The notes: generated by a model from the letters alone, not told the origin. DNA of 64,000 bases from the human T2T-CHM13v2.0 reference genome, Homo sapiens (GCF_009914755.1 NC_060936.1), one strand, 5' to 3'. Positions 44,781-59,333 are shown, counted from the stretch's first letter. Numbers and translations: made by a program.

Positions 44781-45015
44781 TTTTTTTTTTTTGAGACAGT
44801 CTCACTCAGGCTGGTGTGCAGTGGTGCACAACCTCCACTTCCTGAGTAGTCAGGCTCACAGGTGCACGCCACCACGTCCAGCTAACTTTTGTAGTTTTTG
44901 TAGAGATGGAGTTTCACCGTGTTGGCCAGGCTGGTCTTGAACTCCTGACCTCGGGCGATCTGCCTGCCTCGGCCTCCCAAAGTGCTGGGATTACAGGCGT
45001 GAGCCACATCACCTA
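44781..45015 (-). mobile_element. Alu with internal deletions
   Basis: Antisense Alu with a shortened right arm. Confidence 0.85.
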
Positions 45016-45792
45016 CCCAGCGTAGCCAGGAGTTACACTCTAATGCCTCCAGTTTAGTTTTTATACAAACTCTGGTGGCTGTTTGTCAGTCCAGTGTTTT
45101 TGTTGCTGACATCACCCAAATAACTTGTGCCATCAGAGTGACGGCAGGAACAAAGACTCAGCTCAGGGTGTTCTTTTTGGAATTTATCATACCCAGGGCA
45201 GGTGCGGTGCAGTCAGTTACCTGTTCTGCACGGCGACTGGGAGGGAAAATATTTCTTTCTCAAACCCTGGAGCTATCTTGAGTATTCTTAAGACTTCAGA
45301 GCATAAGCTTTGAGATCAGAGACACCAGTGTTTGAGCCTTGAGTCTGGGCATCATTTCTTGCTATCTCCCTTGAGAAATTTACTTAAAGAAAAGGTGGGA
45401 CTGGGGAAGGCAGAAGGAATAATGGGTAAATGAGACAGAGCATGCAGGAAGAAAAGAGAGGCCATCCACAGAGAACAGGAATGGCTTCCCTTTAGCCACC
45501 AGCGGGATAACCGTGTGGGCACTCAACAGTCTAGAGCAAGCGCTGGTCTCTTGGGAATGGTGGAATCCAATAATCCAGCCACTTGCAAACCCCTATCCCA
45601 CATGGTTCTGAATGGATTAGCACATACAACTTAATATTGAAATACAGACTTGTTTGGTACAATCTCCTATGGACCACTTGTATGTTCCACTAGCTAGCAG
45701 TCATTTCAGCAGGACATGGCCCAAATCACCCTTTCCTATGATCTTTCAGAAAGACATACCAATGTCACAGGTGTCTATTAATATCTACCCAC

Positions 45793-47195
45793 TGTAGTCT
45801 CAACAATGGCTTCCCAAAGATGTCATGTCCTAATTTCTGGAAGCTGTGAATATGTTACCCTACATAGCAAAAGGAACTTTGCAGACATAATTAAGGATTT
45901 TGAGATGGGGAGATTCTCCTGGATTATCTGAGTGGCTCCAGTGTCATCACACATGTCCTTATAAGGGAAAGACAAAGGCAGAAGGGTCAGAGTTGGAGAA
46001 GGAGATGTGAAGATGGAAGCCAATCGGAGTCATACAAACAAAGGGCCTTGAGTCAAGGAATGTGGGCGCCTCTAGAGGCTGGGACAGGCAAGGAAAAGGA
46101 TTTGCCGCTAGAGCTGATGTTACAGGAAAGGGGTCACAATCCAGACCCCAGGAGAGGATTCTTGGATCTCACAAGAAATAATTCAGGGCAAGTCCATAGA
46201 GTAAAGTGAAAGCAAGGTTATTAAGAAAGTGAGGGAATAAAAGAATGGCTACTCCATAGACAGAGCAGCCCCCAGGGCCGCTGGTTGCCCACGTTTATGA
46301 TTATTTCTTGATGATATGCTAAACAAGGGGTAGATTATTCATACCTCCCCTTTCTAGAGCATATAGGGGTAGCTTCCTGGCATTGCCATGGCATTTGTAA
46401 ACTGTCATGGCGCTGCTGGGAGTGTAGCAGTGAGGATGACCAGAGGTCACTCTTTATTGCCATCTTGGTTTTGGTGGGATTTGGCCAGCTTCTTTACTGC
46501 ATCCTGTTTTATCCCAGTTTTATCAGGGAAGCCCACCTGCCAACAGCCCCAAGCATAAATTAGCAAAATTTGCACCTGCTGTGTAGGAAAGAGCTTAAGC
46601 TCCATTTCAGTTCCAAAATAAAACAGGATAAAACAGGATGCAGTAAAGAACTTTGCATGCTCACGTGAGGCATTTTTTCCTTACCAGTTGAGCCTCCCTA
46701 GAGGAAGGTCATATACCAGTTAAACTCCACCATTTTGCCTCTTAGCAGGGTCTTTGTGACCTGTATCTTGTGCTGACCTCCTATCTCATCCTGTGACTTA
46801 GAACGCCTTAACCATTTGTGAGTGCAGCCCAGTAGGTCTCAGCCTCATTTTATCCAGACCCTATTCAAGATGGAGTTGCAAGCAAGACCTCTGCACCTTG
46901 CTTTCACTCCCTCTCATGACCTGGCAGATCTTCAGCTGTAGGTTGGGAAACACTCTGCAGGAAGTAGGCTTACCATGCCATTGTGTACAGGGAAGGCCAC
47001 CTGCCAACAGCCCCAAGCATAAATTAGCAAAATTGCATATGGTTTACATGCCTCTGACACCTCTAGAAGAAAGCAGTCCTGCCGACACTTTCATTTTAGG
47101 ACTTCTGACCTCCAGAACTATAAAATAATAAATGTGCATTGCTTTAAGCCACTAAGTTGATAATTTCTTACAGCAGCAATTGGAAACTCATGTAC
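45793..47195 (+). mobile_element. MLT1D-like LTR split by MER41
   Basis: aaagatgtcatgtcctaatttctggaagctgtgaatatgttacc...ctagag[MER41]cctctagaaga...taagccactaag. Confidence 0.75.
46118..47059 (-). mobile_element. MER41A-like ERV1 solo LTR containing ~390 bp of inserted local sequence
   Basis: tgttacaggaaagggg...tattcaagatggagttgc...gcctctgaca termini; internal colinearity is broken at 46514-46743 and 46881-47037. Confidence 0.85.
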
Positions 47196-47333
47196 CTCTG
47201 TCATAGGGTCACCATGAGGATTAAATGATCACGTAAGAGATGACGCTGATGTACCTGCATACAAGTCTGTTTGCAGAGCTTTAAAAATATTAACTGGTTT
47301 ATTCCCTACAACAAACCCATGGGTAGGTAGTAG

Positions 47334-48037
47334 TGTTAGCAGCGGTGAATCTGTAGGGATCTGCAGCAACCTCAGTTCTTGCCTCCTCAGAAGAAAGAAT
47401 TTGAACAAGAGACATAGGGCAGGGTGAGAGACCGAGGCAAGTTTTAGAGCAGGAGTGAAAGGTTTTTAAAAAGCTTTAGAGCAAGAACAAAAGGAAGTAA
47501 AGTACACTTGAAAGAGGACCAAGCGGGTGACTCGAGACATCTGAGTACGTGGTTTGACCTCCGAGTGTGTGGTTTGATCTTTGACTTGGGGTTTTATACA
47601 TTGGCAGGCTTCTGGAGTCCACATTCCTTCTCCCCTGATTCTTCTCTGGGGCCGGCTTTCCGCATGCCCAGTGGCCTGCCAGCCCTTGCAGGGGGGCACA
47701 TGTGCAGTGTGTATACTGGAGTTGAGTGCATGCTCACGTTAGGCATTTTTTTCCTTACCAGTTGAGCCTTCCTAGAGGAAGGTCATATGCCAGTTAAACT
47801 CCACCATTTTGCCTCTTAGTGTGCGCGCTTGAGTCCACTTGCCCAACTCCTGAGATCCCATCGGGAAGCTGCTGGTCACCAGTTTCAGTGTTTCTGTCTT
47901 TGGGAGACTGCCTTTCCCTGGCACTGGCTGTGACCAATTATTATTTTAGAGACACAGTTAACAACCCTCTGACCATTCCTGGGGCAGGTTGGGCCTCTCC
48001 TGCCCCGCTCATGTCTGCCTAGCTACCTACTGTAACA
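47334..48037 (-). mobile_element. MER50-like ERV1 solo LTR inserted in a MIR
   Basis: TG...CA termini, ttcttgcctcctcagaagaaagaatt, gctcatgtctgcctagctacctactgtaaca; near-TSD gtag/gtgg. Confidence 0.75.
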
Positions 48038-48240
48038 GTGGTGTTATTGCTGCCACCCTTTTACATATGAGAAAAGTGAGTCAACCAGAGGCCAAGCAGC
48101 TTAGTCATGGTCTTCTAGCTACCAAGGCGTAAAGTCCACATTCAAACTCCAGCAGCCTGGATCCAGTGGCCCTGTCCCTACCCACTGCACCTCACTATTC
48201 CTCATGTAGAAGCATTCTGCAAGCAAAATGTTTAGCATAC

Positions 48241-48780
48241 TGTCAGAGGCATTCAAACCACAGCGACTCCATCTTGAGTGAGGGCTGGAAAACGAGGCTG
48301 GGGCTTGCTGAGCTGCCTTCCCAGGAAGTTAGGTGTTGCTAGCCTCTAGATGTTTACGGTTAAGGGAACAGATTGATAATATTTACTAAACAGGCCCAGA
48401 CTTGGGAGTGTCTTGGTATCCTGATATCTTGAGAACAAAGGCATTCCTCATTTTGCTTTAAAGATAATAATATTGATTCTTGCAAAGTATAGTAATTAAG
48501 AAAATTAATCTTATATCACAAACCCTTGTAGCAGAACATATTTCCCCATGATCTTTTAAAATCCTATATATATATATGAGTATTATACTTAGGGTGGACG
48601 CGTTCCTCCTCTTACTTTCAGGAAGGCCCTGCTCTGCCTATGGAGCTGCCATTCTTGTATTCCTTTACTTTCCTAATAAACTTGCTTTCACTTTACTCTA
48701 TGGACTGGCCCTGAATTCTTTTTACATAAGATCTAAGAACCCTCTCTGGGGTCTGAACTAGAGACCCCTTTTCTATAACA
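48241..48780 (+). mobile_element. MER41 (C/D-like) solo LTR
   Basis: tgtcagaggcattcaaacc...actccatcttg...aataaacttgctttcactttactc...ataaca; near-TSD atac/atat. Confidence 0.82.
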
Positions 48781-49170
48781 ATATGATGCTAAATGCCTGA
48801 GGAATTTTCAGTAAATATGAGGAATTTTCAGTGAATAGGGACTCCTAGTGTGTTTTCTCTGATCTCCGTGAGTCAGGGAGGGATGAGGCGACAAGCAGAT
48901 ATGGATTTTTCTTCTATGCAGCTTTCAAGGGCAGCCAACCCCCCAGACCTGTGCTCCTTGCTTTCACTCCCCCTCATGACCTGGCAGATATTTAGCTGCA
49001 GGTTGGGAAACACTCTGCAGGAAGCAGGCATACCGTGCCATTGTTTACAGGGAAGCCCACCTGCCAACAGCCCCAAGCATAAATTAGCAAAATTGCACCT
49101 GTTGTGTAGGAAAGAGCTTAAGCTCCATTTCAGTTCCAAACTAAAACCTCAGAACCAAAGAGTCAGCCAC

Positions 49171-49527
<357 letters not shown>

Positions 49528-50154
49528 CTAGCCTTCCATCCTTTCTCTCCTTTTCCCTTCCTACCCTCATCTGACACCCAGTGCCATCCTCTTCGGTCTA
49601 TTTTTTCCTCTTTGGTTAATCAAAGACAAGCAGGTTTTAGGGAAAGAGGTCTGCTTCCTCTTGGGTGACTAATGAGGTTATCATTCTTCCCAGCTATCAA
49701 ACAACACAGTCCTGCCCACAAGGCTGCTAGGGACCTGACCGCACACTGCCTTTGCCAGGTGAGCTGCTACTGGGTTAACAGATGGCGAGGGAGTGAGAAA
49801 AAGTTTGGGGAAGCAGACGGGTCTGTTTTCTAGCCCGCTCCCTCTGTAGATGTCTCTTACATAAGCGATGTCCTCAGAGGTTGAGCTGGACATACTTATG
49901 TGCAAGGCCGCCTATGCCTGATTGCATGCTCAAGCCAAAAGTCTGACTCAGTCAGTTCTTAACACAGGGAGACTGTTAGCATGGTGCACAGCTTTGCACT
50001 AAACTGTAAGCTCTATAAAGACAGAAACTGTCTGTTCATGCTCCCACGTGGGTCCCCTGCACTTTACACACAATAGCTTCTGAATACAAGTGTTAGATGT
50101 GTGTGTGACTCACAGGCATTTAACCTATGCTGTCCTTAGAAATATAATACCATG

Positions 50155-50428
50155 ACCAGGCGCAGTGGCTCATACCTGTAATCCCAGCACTTTGGAAAGT
50201 CGAGGTAGGTGGATGACTTGAGCATCTGAGTTCAAGACCAACCTAGGTAAATTGGTGAAACCCTGTCTCCACAAAAAGTACAAAAATTAGTGGGGCGTGC
50301 CTGTAGTCCCACCTACTTGGGAGGCAGAGGCAGGAGAATCGGTTGAACCTGGGAGGTCAAAGCTGCAGGCTGTAGTAAGCTGTGATTGCTCCACTGCACT
50401 CCAGCTCAGAAAACAGAGCAAGACTCTA

Positions 50429-50463
<35 letters not shown>
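50155..50463 (+). mobile_element. AluJ within a MER33-like element
   Basis: Diverged Alu with long polyA. Confidence 0.85.
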
Positions 50464-50466
<3 letters not shown>

Positions 50467-50580
50467 GAAACACAATGCAAGCCATATGTGTGTAATGTTA
50501 CTTTTCTAGAAGCTGTATTAAAAAGTAAAAAAGGGGTGAAATATATTTTAATAACATTTTATTTAATACTCTTTACCTAA

Positions 50581-50907
<327 letters not shown>

Positions 50908-51039
50908 TATCAATACCAAAATTTTTCAATGAGATAGTTTGTATTTTTTCACTAAGGCTTCAAAATTCAGTGTGCAGAATACTGAGGGCACATCTCCATT
51001 CAGACTCGCCACATCATATCTCAAGCGTCTGGTGGTATT

Positions 51040-51909
51040 TGAAGGCAGTAGGAGTTCAGAGTACGTCACCCCCAAACGCACCCCTCTGACATGGGAATTA
51101 TTTTGAGCTAAAAGCAATTGAGAAGCAGACACAGGACAAATCTCCATGAACTCGCTTTCTACAAGAAGGGCAGGATGATTCTCTGTCACCAGACACAATT
51201 CCAGTCCTCATCGGCCCAGCGATGACATCAAAGAGATCCACACAGCAAACCTACGAGCCTCGCTGTCCTTTCGTTTGTCTCATACCTTTACCTGCCCACA
51301 ACTTGCTGTCCTAGAAGCTCAAAGTTCTTGTGTTTTATCACTTCTCTACAAAATTGTTGTTCTTCGTTAAGATGCTGTCCTAGCCCACTCAGGGTGACTT
51401 ATAAACAACAGAAATTTATTTCTCACAGTCCTGGGAGCTAGAAATCCGAGACCAGAGTGCCAATGTGGTCAGGTTCTGGTGAGGGATCTCCTCCAAGTTC
51501 ACAATGGCCATCTCCTCACTCTGTCCTCATGTGGCACAGAGCAAAGAGGGAGCTTTGGGGATCCCTTTTGTACAGGCACTAATCCCACTCATGAGAGCTC
51601 CACTTTTCTGATCTAATCACCTTCCAAAGACCCCATTTCCTAATGCCATCCCTCTAGGGATTAGGATTTCAACATATGAATTTGGGAGGGACACACACTC
51701 AGTTCACTGCAGATGCAACATCAGCCCAAGCTCTGAGCATCCCTTTGAGTTACGCATCAGAGTTCTCCCGTGTGTATGCAGGACACACACATCAATAAAC
51801 TTCCTGTTTGTTTTTCTCTGGTTAATCTGTTTTGTTGGTCTAACTTGCAGAGCTCTAGTCAATGAATCTAAGAAGGTAGAGAAAAATACGAATCTTTTCT
51901 TCCCCTACA
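51040..51909 (+). mobile_element. MER34-like ERV1 LTR split by an antisense MLT1A/MST fragment (~51375-51710)
   Basis: gttcagagtacgtcacccccaaa...attattttgagctaaaagcaattgagaagcag...aataaacttcctgtttg...cttcccctaca. Confidence 0.6.
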
Positions 51910-53281
51910 TGTTTGACAGTGAAGCTAGACCATGGAGTTAGACCACCAAGCCATACAACATCAGGAGCTGGTGAAAGTGTGCTCATGAAATGTGGTGGGT
52001 GCTTCTAGCACCAGGGGCCCTCGCCTGCCTCTGGAAGCAGCTGCAGCTGCAGGGCAGTTCTGCACGGCACAGCCTCATCCAGCCTTGACTCTGTGCAGCT
52101 CCAGTGCTCCCTGCCTCTCCTCTTCCTTCCAAGAGACTTCTCTGAGTTAGAAGGCCACTTATCACAAGGACCAGTGCAATCTGTAGTGGGGGTCTTGATG
52201 CCCCAGAGGCCCTGCAGCCAAAAGGGGGTTAGACCCCCTGGGTAAGGGCTCCAGTCTTCCAGTCTTCAGCTGGACAATTTGGAGATGCATTCTGGAAACT
52301 TGTGAGGTGAGCCTTGCAGAGTTGAGCTTCCCTTACCACAGCTGTAACCTTGATAAAGCCTCGAGATGATGAATTCTGTTCTTCCCTCATCATGCTCCCT
52401 GCTCCCTCCCTCTACTTCCTGGGAGGCACTTTGAGGATGAGGCATAGCCCATCTCTATGGCCTAGGCGGGGTGAGAAGAGGAAGGAGGGGAGGTACAGCC
52501 TGAGAAGACTGAGTGGTCTCCCTGAGCTTTCCTGAGAGCCACAGATGGTGGAGCAGGTGACTTGCAGGCTGGTCAGGGTCCAGCCTTGAGAGATTCTGAA
52601 AAAAAAAACACTGTTTCATCTTGGGCCCCACCCCCAGCTGCCTGCTCTAGGAGCAAGGCTTGTAGAAGGCTGAGCCACAAAGGCTCCTCTCCATGCCTTT
52701 CCCATTTGTAGAGGAGAGAAGCCACTCTTTCTTGTCACTTCTTGTCTCCACTTCCTGGAGCGTCAGCACATGGGAGAGGTTTGGTTGAGGGGCAGGGAGA
52801 ACCATGTAGGGAGAAGTTCTTTGTGTCTTGGAGAAGCTCCTCTTTTGGGGCCCAGAATCAGCTAATAATGAAGAGGTTCAAGAACTCAGCAGGCAGGTGG
52901 CCTTTGGGATTTGCAAGAGAAGCCCCCTTGCAGATTCTCCATTTTCCTGAAGTGGCAATGAATTAGCTACCCATTTTCTATATGACAACCCACCCCAAAA
53001 CTTCATTCTTCAAAACACAATCATCATTTATCACCTCTTCTGGTTTCTGTAGGTTGGTCATTCAGGAGTGGCTCAGCTGGTTGGTTCTGGGTCAGACCCT
53101 CCATGTAGGTCCAGTTGGATGTGGGCTGGTGCTAGGACCATCTTGAAGCTTCTTGATCATGAGGCTTGGAAGATTTGAACATGTCTCTGCATGTGGTTTA
53201 TCCAAGAGGTTTCTCCAGCACGGTGGTGTCAGGGTAGCTGGACTGGACTTCTTATATGGTAGTTCAGGTGCCAAAGCACAA

Positions 53282-53362
53282 GGAGAGAGAGACAGAGAGA
53301 GGAAGAAAGAGAGAGAGAAGGAGAAGAGAGAGGAGAGAGAGAGAGAAAGCGAGAGAGAGAGA
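53282..53362. repeat. GA-rich microsatellite
   Basis: gagagagacagagagaggaagaaagagagagag... Confidence 0.85.
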
Positions 53363-53664
53363 ACAAGAACATGCGCATAAGGCAGAAACCATAACTATGA
53401 CCTAGTCTCAGAAGTCATTCATCATCAGTAACCATTGTGTTCTGTTAGTCTAAAGGTCCACCCAAGTTCAAGGGAGGAGACATAGATTCCATGAGCCCAC
53501 CCTGTCACAGCATTAGAGCAGGTGGGATGGGAGATGTAGTAGTGCAGCCATCTTTGCAAAATGCAATCAACCATACATGGGAATTTTGCAACAATAAAGA
53601 GAACAGAAAGGGGGAGTGATGCTCTGAATTTTTGGTGGTAGGAAAAGAAGTCATCCTTGGCACA

Positions 53665-54090
53665 TATACTGAGTTGAATGGAGTTCCCTAAAATTCATGT
53701 CACCCAAACCTCAGAATATGACCTTATTTCAAAACAACTGTTTGCAAGTGAATTAATTAAGATGAAGTCATTCTGGAGTCAAGAGAGCCCTAAATTCAAT
53801 GACTGGCATCCTTCTATCATCACCATCTGAAGCCACTGACATATGCAGAGGAAAGACGGATTGTGAAGATAGAGGCAGAGACTGGAGTGAGGCAGCCACA
53901 AGCCCAGAATGGCCAGCAATCCCCAGAAGCAAGAAGGAATTCTCCCCTAGAGGCTTTTGAGGGAACGTGGCCAGCTGACACCTTGATTTCAGCTTCTGGT
54001 CTCCAGAACCATGAGAGAATAAATTGCTGTTGTTTTAAGCAAAGTACCACCCAGTTTGTGGTACCGTGTTATGGGAGATGCAGGAAACTC
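53665..54090 (+). mobile_element. MLT1B/C LTR
   Basis: cctcagaatatgaccttattt...gaattctcccctagaggc...ctccagaaccatgagagaataaattgctg. Confidence 0.78.
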
Positions 54091-54999
54091 CTCCAGCAGA
54101 AGAATCTCCACAGCACAGGGGGTTAATCTGTATCTGCTGTCGTGGTCTATTTGCTCTGACCCCAATCCCTGCACAAGGGTTCAAATCTTGCAAGCATGCC
54201 CAAATAATGAGGGCTTTTTTCTCTGATTCAGCCTGTGCCTGCATTTCTAAAGAGCTTACCGCATAACTTCCAAAGAGGAGCCTCTGCACCTTGGTGAATT
54301 CTCTTCATTTGGAGCAATCTAATGAAAAAGGTAGACATGCCTGATGTCGTGGCAAGAAGAGAGCAGAGAAGACAAAGGAGGGCAGCTGCCAGAAAGTCTC
54401 TTTTCTCATTAGCTGAGTATTTTCTGAAGCCTCATAGAAGTCTTTCTTTCCTGTTTGGTCTTGACTAATTCATCTCCCTTCCTGGATGAATGGAGTAACT
54501 CATCCTGGGGATCTGTTTCTTATCAGTGAGGGGAAGGGAGAAGGCGGAGCGCCAGGAGATTCAGACTTAGAGAGCAGCGAAAGACGTGCAGCATTTAATG
54601 AGGACTCAGTGATGCCAGAGAATTTCTTTCTTAGCTATCCCTTTCCAGCTTCATTTTTGTGTTTTATCTAATGACCCATTCCCTGGCAAAAGGAGAAATA
54701 CAAAGAATCAATAAGCATCTAAGAGATGTTCATGATGACAAATGAAAACAGTCCATCATCTGTTACCTTCCAAACTGGCAATTCTTTTTTTGTTGCACTT
54801 GTTTCACTGACGCTGCTACACGTTGGTGAGGCATATGAAGAAACACAAAGAACAATAAAAGCAAGCAGTTCAGCTGACCACATAGGACATAGACATATTT
54901 CACAGACACAGCCTCTTAGAAGATGGAAGACAGCTTAAAGGAACACTAATAATCATATTTGGAGCAACTATATGCAGAAAATAAGAACATTGCAAAGAA

Positions 55000-55620
55000 A
55001 CAGTCAGAGACCAACTGCTCCGCTCTTGGAAATTTAAAAATAACATTGCCAAAATTAAAAATTAAATTGAATGGCTGGAAAATAAACTGGAGGAATTTTC
55101 CTAGAACAAAATGCAAGACAGGAACTATAAGAAGCTCAAAGAAGAGACGCTAGAGATGACAGAGGGGAGAAAAATATTAAAGAAATAATAAAAGTGTCCA
55201 GAAGTATAGAGACACATGGGTCACCTCATGTGAACACAGTACCTTTAAAACACCTATACTCATGAAATTTCAGAACTAAAGTAATTTTACATATTAATTA
55301 AAATTAACTAAACGAATTTAACATATCCTCATGAAATTTCAGAACTTTAAAGATAAAATAAATATCCTAAAAGCTCCAAGAGAGGAAAAAATTCACCTAT
55401 AAAGAAATTAAGAATCAGACTTGCATCAAACTTTTCATCAGCAACACTCACTGCCACAGAAATGTGGAACAATTTCTTCCAGACTTCAAGGAAAAACGAC
55501 TTCAGGACTAGACATTTAAACTCAGGCCTACTATCATGCAATGGGGAGTGCAAAGTAAGGTCCTTTTCAGACATGAAAAGACCCCCAGACTCTACCCTTT
55601 TTTGAAGATGTTCCTTACAG
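55000..55620 (+). mobile_element. Decayed L1 ORF1-like (HAL1/L1M) remnant
   Basis: A-rich; 55350-55580 reads with frameshifts like the L1 ORF1p C-terminal region (ILKA.RE..TYK...IRL.S.FS.ATL...W..F..L). Confidence 0.55.
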
Positions 55621-55630
55621 ATGAAAATCC

Positions 55631-56245
<615 letters not shown>

Positions 56246-57379
56246 GGCCAATAATATTGACCTACCTACCTTAAATGTGCAGAAGGTGAACAAGAAAAGA
56301 AAAAAAAATTCTTAGAAAAAAATCCTAGAGAAGAAGATACGGGACCCAAGAAACTGTTGGACTAACCTTGGCCTCCATCAGAAAGAAAACAATAACATCT
56401 CTGCAGTAGACAGAAAACATCTATTGAAACTGAAGAAAGAAGTCAATGTCTCATGGGAGAATATCTTTAAGAAGAAAAATGGAGGAATTTATTTCAGGAG
56501 CTGGGATGAGGAGAAGGCTAGAAGATCTTAGCAACATGGTGAGAGTATATATTTTCTCTCTGTAAGACAAAGAAAAAGCAATTCATGAACTCTGAAGAAA
56601 CAACAAACTGCACAAAAAAAATCACGGCCTTGGGTTAAGCAATAAGGATCTATGGGTTCTCAATGGCTATATGAAGATAACACATTCTTTGTATGTTGAG
56701 ACCATGAGTGACTGTTGACTTAGTGGATGGAATAGGCTCATTTTATTAGAACTGAAGAATGAACAATTATATTCTAGGACTCTCTATGACGGTGCAAAAA
56801 GTGTTAATGTACATAATAATGTACTCATGTTATACTAATTTTCAACTTTTAGAATCAATGTATATTTAAGCAGAGAGTTTTGGATCCAGGATGCCAAACA
56901 ATAAATCTTATTAAACTTTGTGTGATCAACCCAAAGGTAAGCTGCCTGAAGAAGAAAGAAAAGGAAGGCAGAAAATATATCAAAAGCACTTATATTCCCA
57001 TCTGTCACGTAGCCATCACAAGATAAAATTTAGCATTGATGGGTCAAGAAGTAGAGATTGCTGTTTGTTATATACATGTATATATCTCACCAGTTAAGGA
57101 ATTTAAAGTAAGTATATGGCCATCAACAATTTAAGGAGACCTGGAAAGGGAGGTAGTGACAGTCTGCATAGCTGAGAGTCCTTAGATAATGTCTAAAGTT
57201 GATTAAAAACAAAAAAAAAATCACAGTATAGGTAAATGACGCTTTATAGAGATAGGCACAAAATCACACAAATTAGAAATGGTTAAAAATTGTCAGTAGA
57301 ACTAGGGAATGTTTGGGGTGGATACAAAAGAATATTGCTTCTCATTAATACTTCTTCTGAACTGTAACACCACAAACCA

Positions 57380-58222
57380 TGTGTTAGTTTCTTGTTGCTA
57401 TTATAACAATACTATAAACCTGCTGGCTTAGATTATCTGACCATTCTGGAAGTAGTGTGAAATGGGTCACACTGGGCTATATCAAGGCATTGGCAGGACA
57501 GCATTCCTTCTAGGGGCTCCAGGGCAAAATCTGTCTCCTTGATGTTTTCAGTGTCCAAAGGCCACCTGTACTCCTTGGCTTATGGCCACTTTCTCCACCT
57601 GCAAAGCCAGCATTGTCCCATCTGAAGATTTCTCCAGACTCTGAGCTCCTTCCTCTTCAAAGCTAGCAATGACTGGTTAAGTCTGTCTCACTGTGAATCA
57701 CACTCCTTTTCTGCTTTCAGCAGCACATCTCTGACTCTTGTCTCACTCTTTCCCGTGATTACATTAGACTCACACAGAAAACCTGATAAAGTAACATAGT
57801 CACAAGTCACAGGGATTAGGACATGGGCGTCTCTCTTTCTTTTCTTTCTTTTCTTTTCTCTTTCTTTCTTTCTTTCCTTTTCTTTTTTATTTTTTTTAGA
57901 CAGAATCTCGCTCCATTGCCCAGGATAGAGCTGAGTTCAGTGGTGCAGTCTTGGCTCATTGCAAACTCTGCCTCTCAGGTTCAAACAATTCTCCTGCCTC
58001 AGCCTCCCGAGTAGCTGGGATTATAGGCATGTGCCACCATACCGGCTAATTTTTGTATTTTTTGTGGAGACAGGATTGTGTCATGTTGACCAGGCTGGTT
58101 TCGAACTCCTGGCCTCAAGCCATCCACCCACCTCGGCCTCCCAAAGTGCTGGAATTAACAGGAGTGAACCACCACACCTGGCCAACATGGGCATATTTGG
58201 GGGCCTTTATTCTCCTACCACA
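57380..58222 (-). mobile_element. MLT1 LTR split by an antisense Alu (~57832-58183)
   Basis: tgtgttagtttcttgttgcta...gggattaggacatgggc[Alu]acatgggcatatttgggggcc. Confidence 0.75.
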
Positions 58223-59333
58223 GACTAGTATTACCTTAGTAATTTGAATGAAAAAATAATTACTCGTGTGAATTTGAAAAAATCTTTACAATATACTTTG
58301 AGGGAAAAGAAGTTCACAAAACAGTGCCTACCATATGATCTAAATTTTGTATTTTTAAAGAGTGTGTGTGTATGCATGCATGCTGTGTGTAAGTGTATTT
58401 TCAGGAAAAAAAAAACTAGCTATTTAGAGGTAATGTGCCTTCTATGTGGCACTAAGCCTAACTCTTATTTACTCTGTATGCTCTTCTTTATTTTCTAAAT
58501 TTACTATAATAAATATGGATTGCCCATATAATCAGAAAAAGTTATTTATAAAATTTCCAAGGAAGAGACTGTTTCTAGAAACAAGCTGATGAGTTGGATC
58601 TCTTTCACATTCTGTCCAAGACTTTTCAGTCCCTTCAGATCCTTAGAAGAGCTCGCTAAGTACTCAAAGGTAAGGAATAGTTTGTATGATCTGTCTCAGA
58701 TAAGCTGAGGACATCACAGCCAGATAGATAGATTAGACTCATCCAGCCAGATAGAAATAAATGTGGTTGTTCTAAGATCTTGACAGGGATGAAAAATTAG
58801 TGTCTAGGAAGCTGAGAACCCATGAACCCAGGTGTCTATCTTAACTCACGCTTTTGAAGTCACATAGAGCAAGGGTTGCAAACTCAGCTGCTTAAACCAG
58901 CACTTCTCAACCCTTCCAGTGTGTAAGCATTGCCCAGGGATCTTGTTAATTAAATGCAGATTGTCATTCGGAGGGGCTGGGGCAGGGACCTGAGATTCTG
59001 CACCTGGAGACCTGAGAATCAGTGACCTGGGGATACTGATGTGATGTGGCTGATTCAGGGATTACACCTTCAATAATGAGGGCTTCCAGGGTCAAGACAG
59101 GGACTATGAAAAGCTTGGTGAGAAGTGATAGGGAGTAGGGGACCAGGGAGGTGATGGTCCATCTGAAGGTGTTTCAACTACTAACAACAACAATAATGTA
59201 AACATACTCTAAGGGAAAAGCAAAACTCGCCTGATGGCCACATTCTGGCCAGAAGTCGGTAGTATGTCATGTCCAGTTGGAAGGTTGTGGGAAAAAAAAA
59301 GAAAAGAATGAGGGGGGCACTTGTCACATCTGA

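Noticed and set aside
46118-48780. MER41 LTRs as interferon-inducible STAT1 enhancers
   Set aside because: I did not see the tandem TTCNNNGAA sites typical of MER41B; only a single N4-spaced TTCCCAGGAA at 48318-48327.
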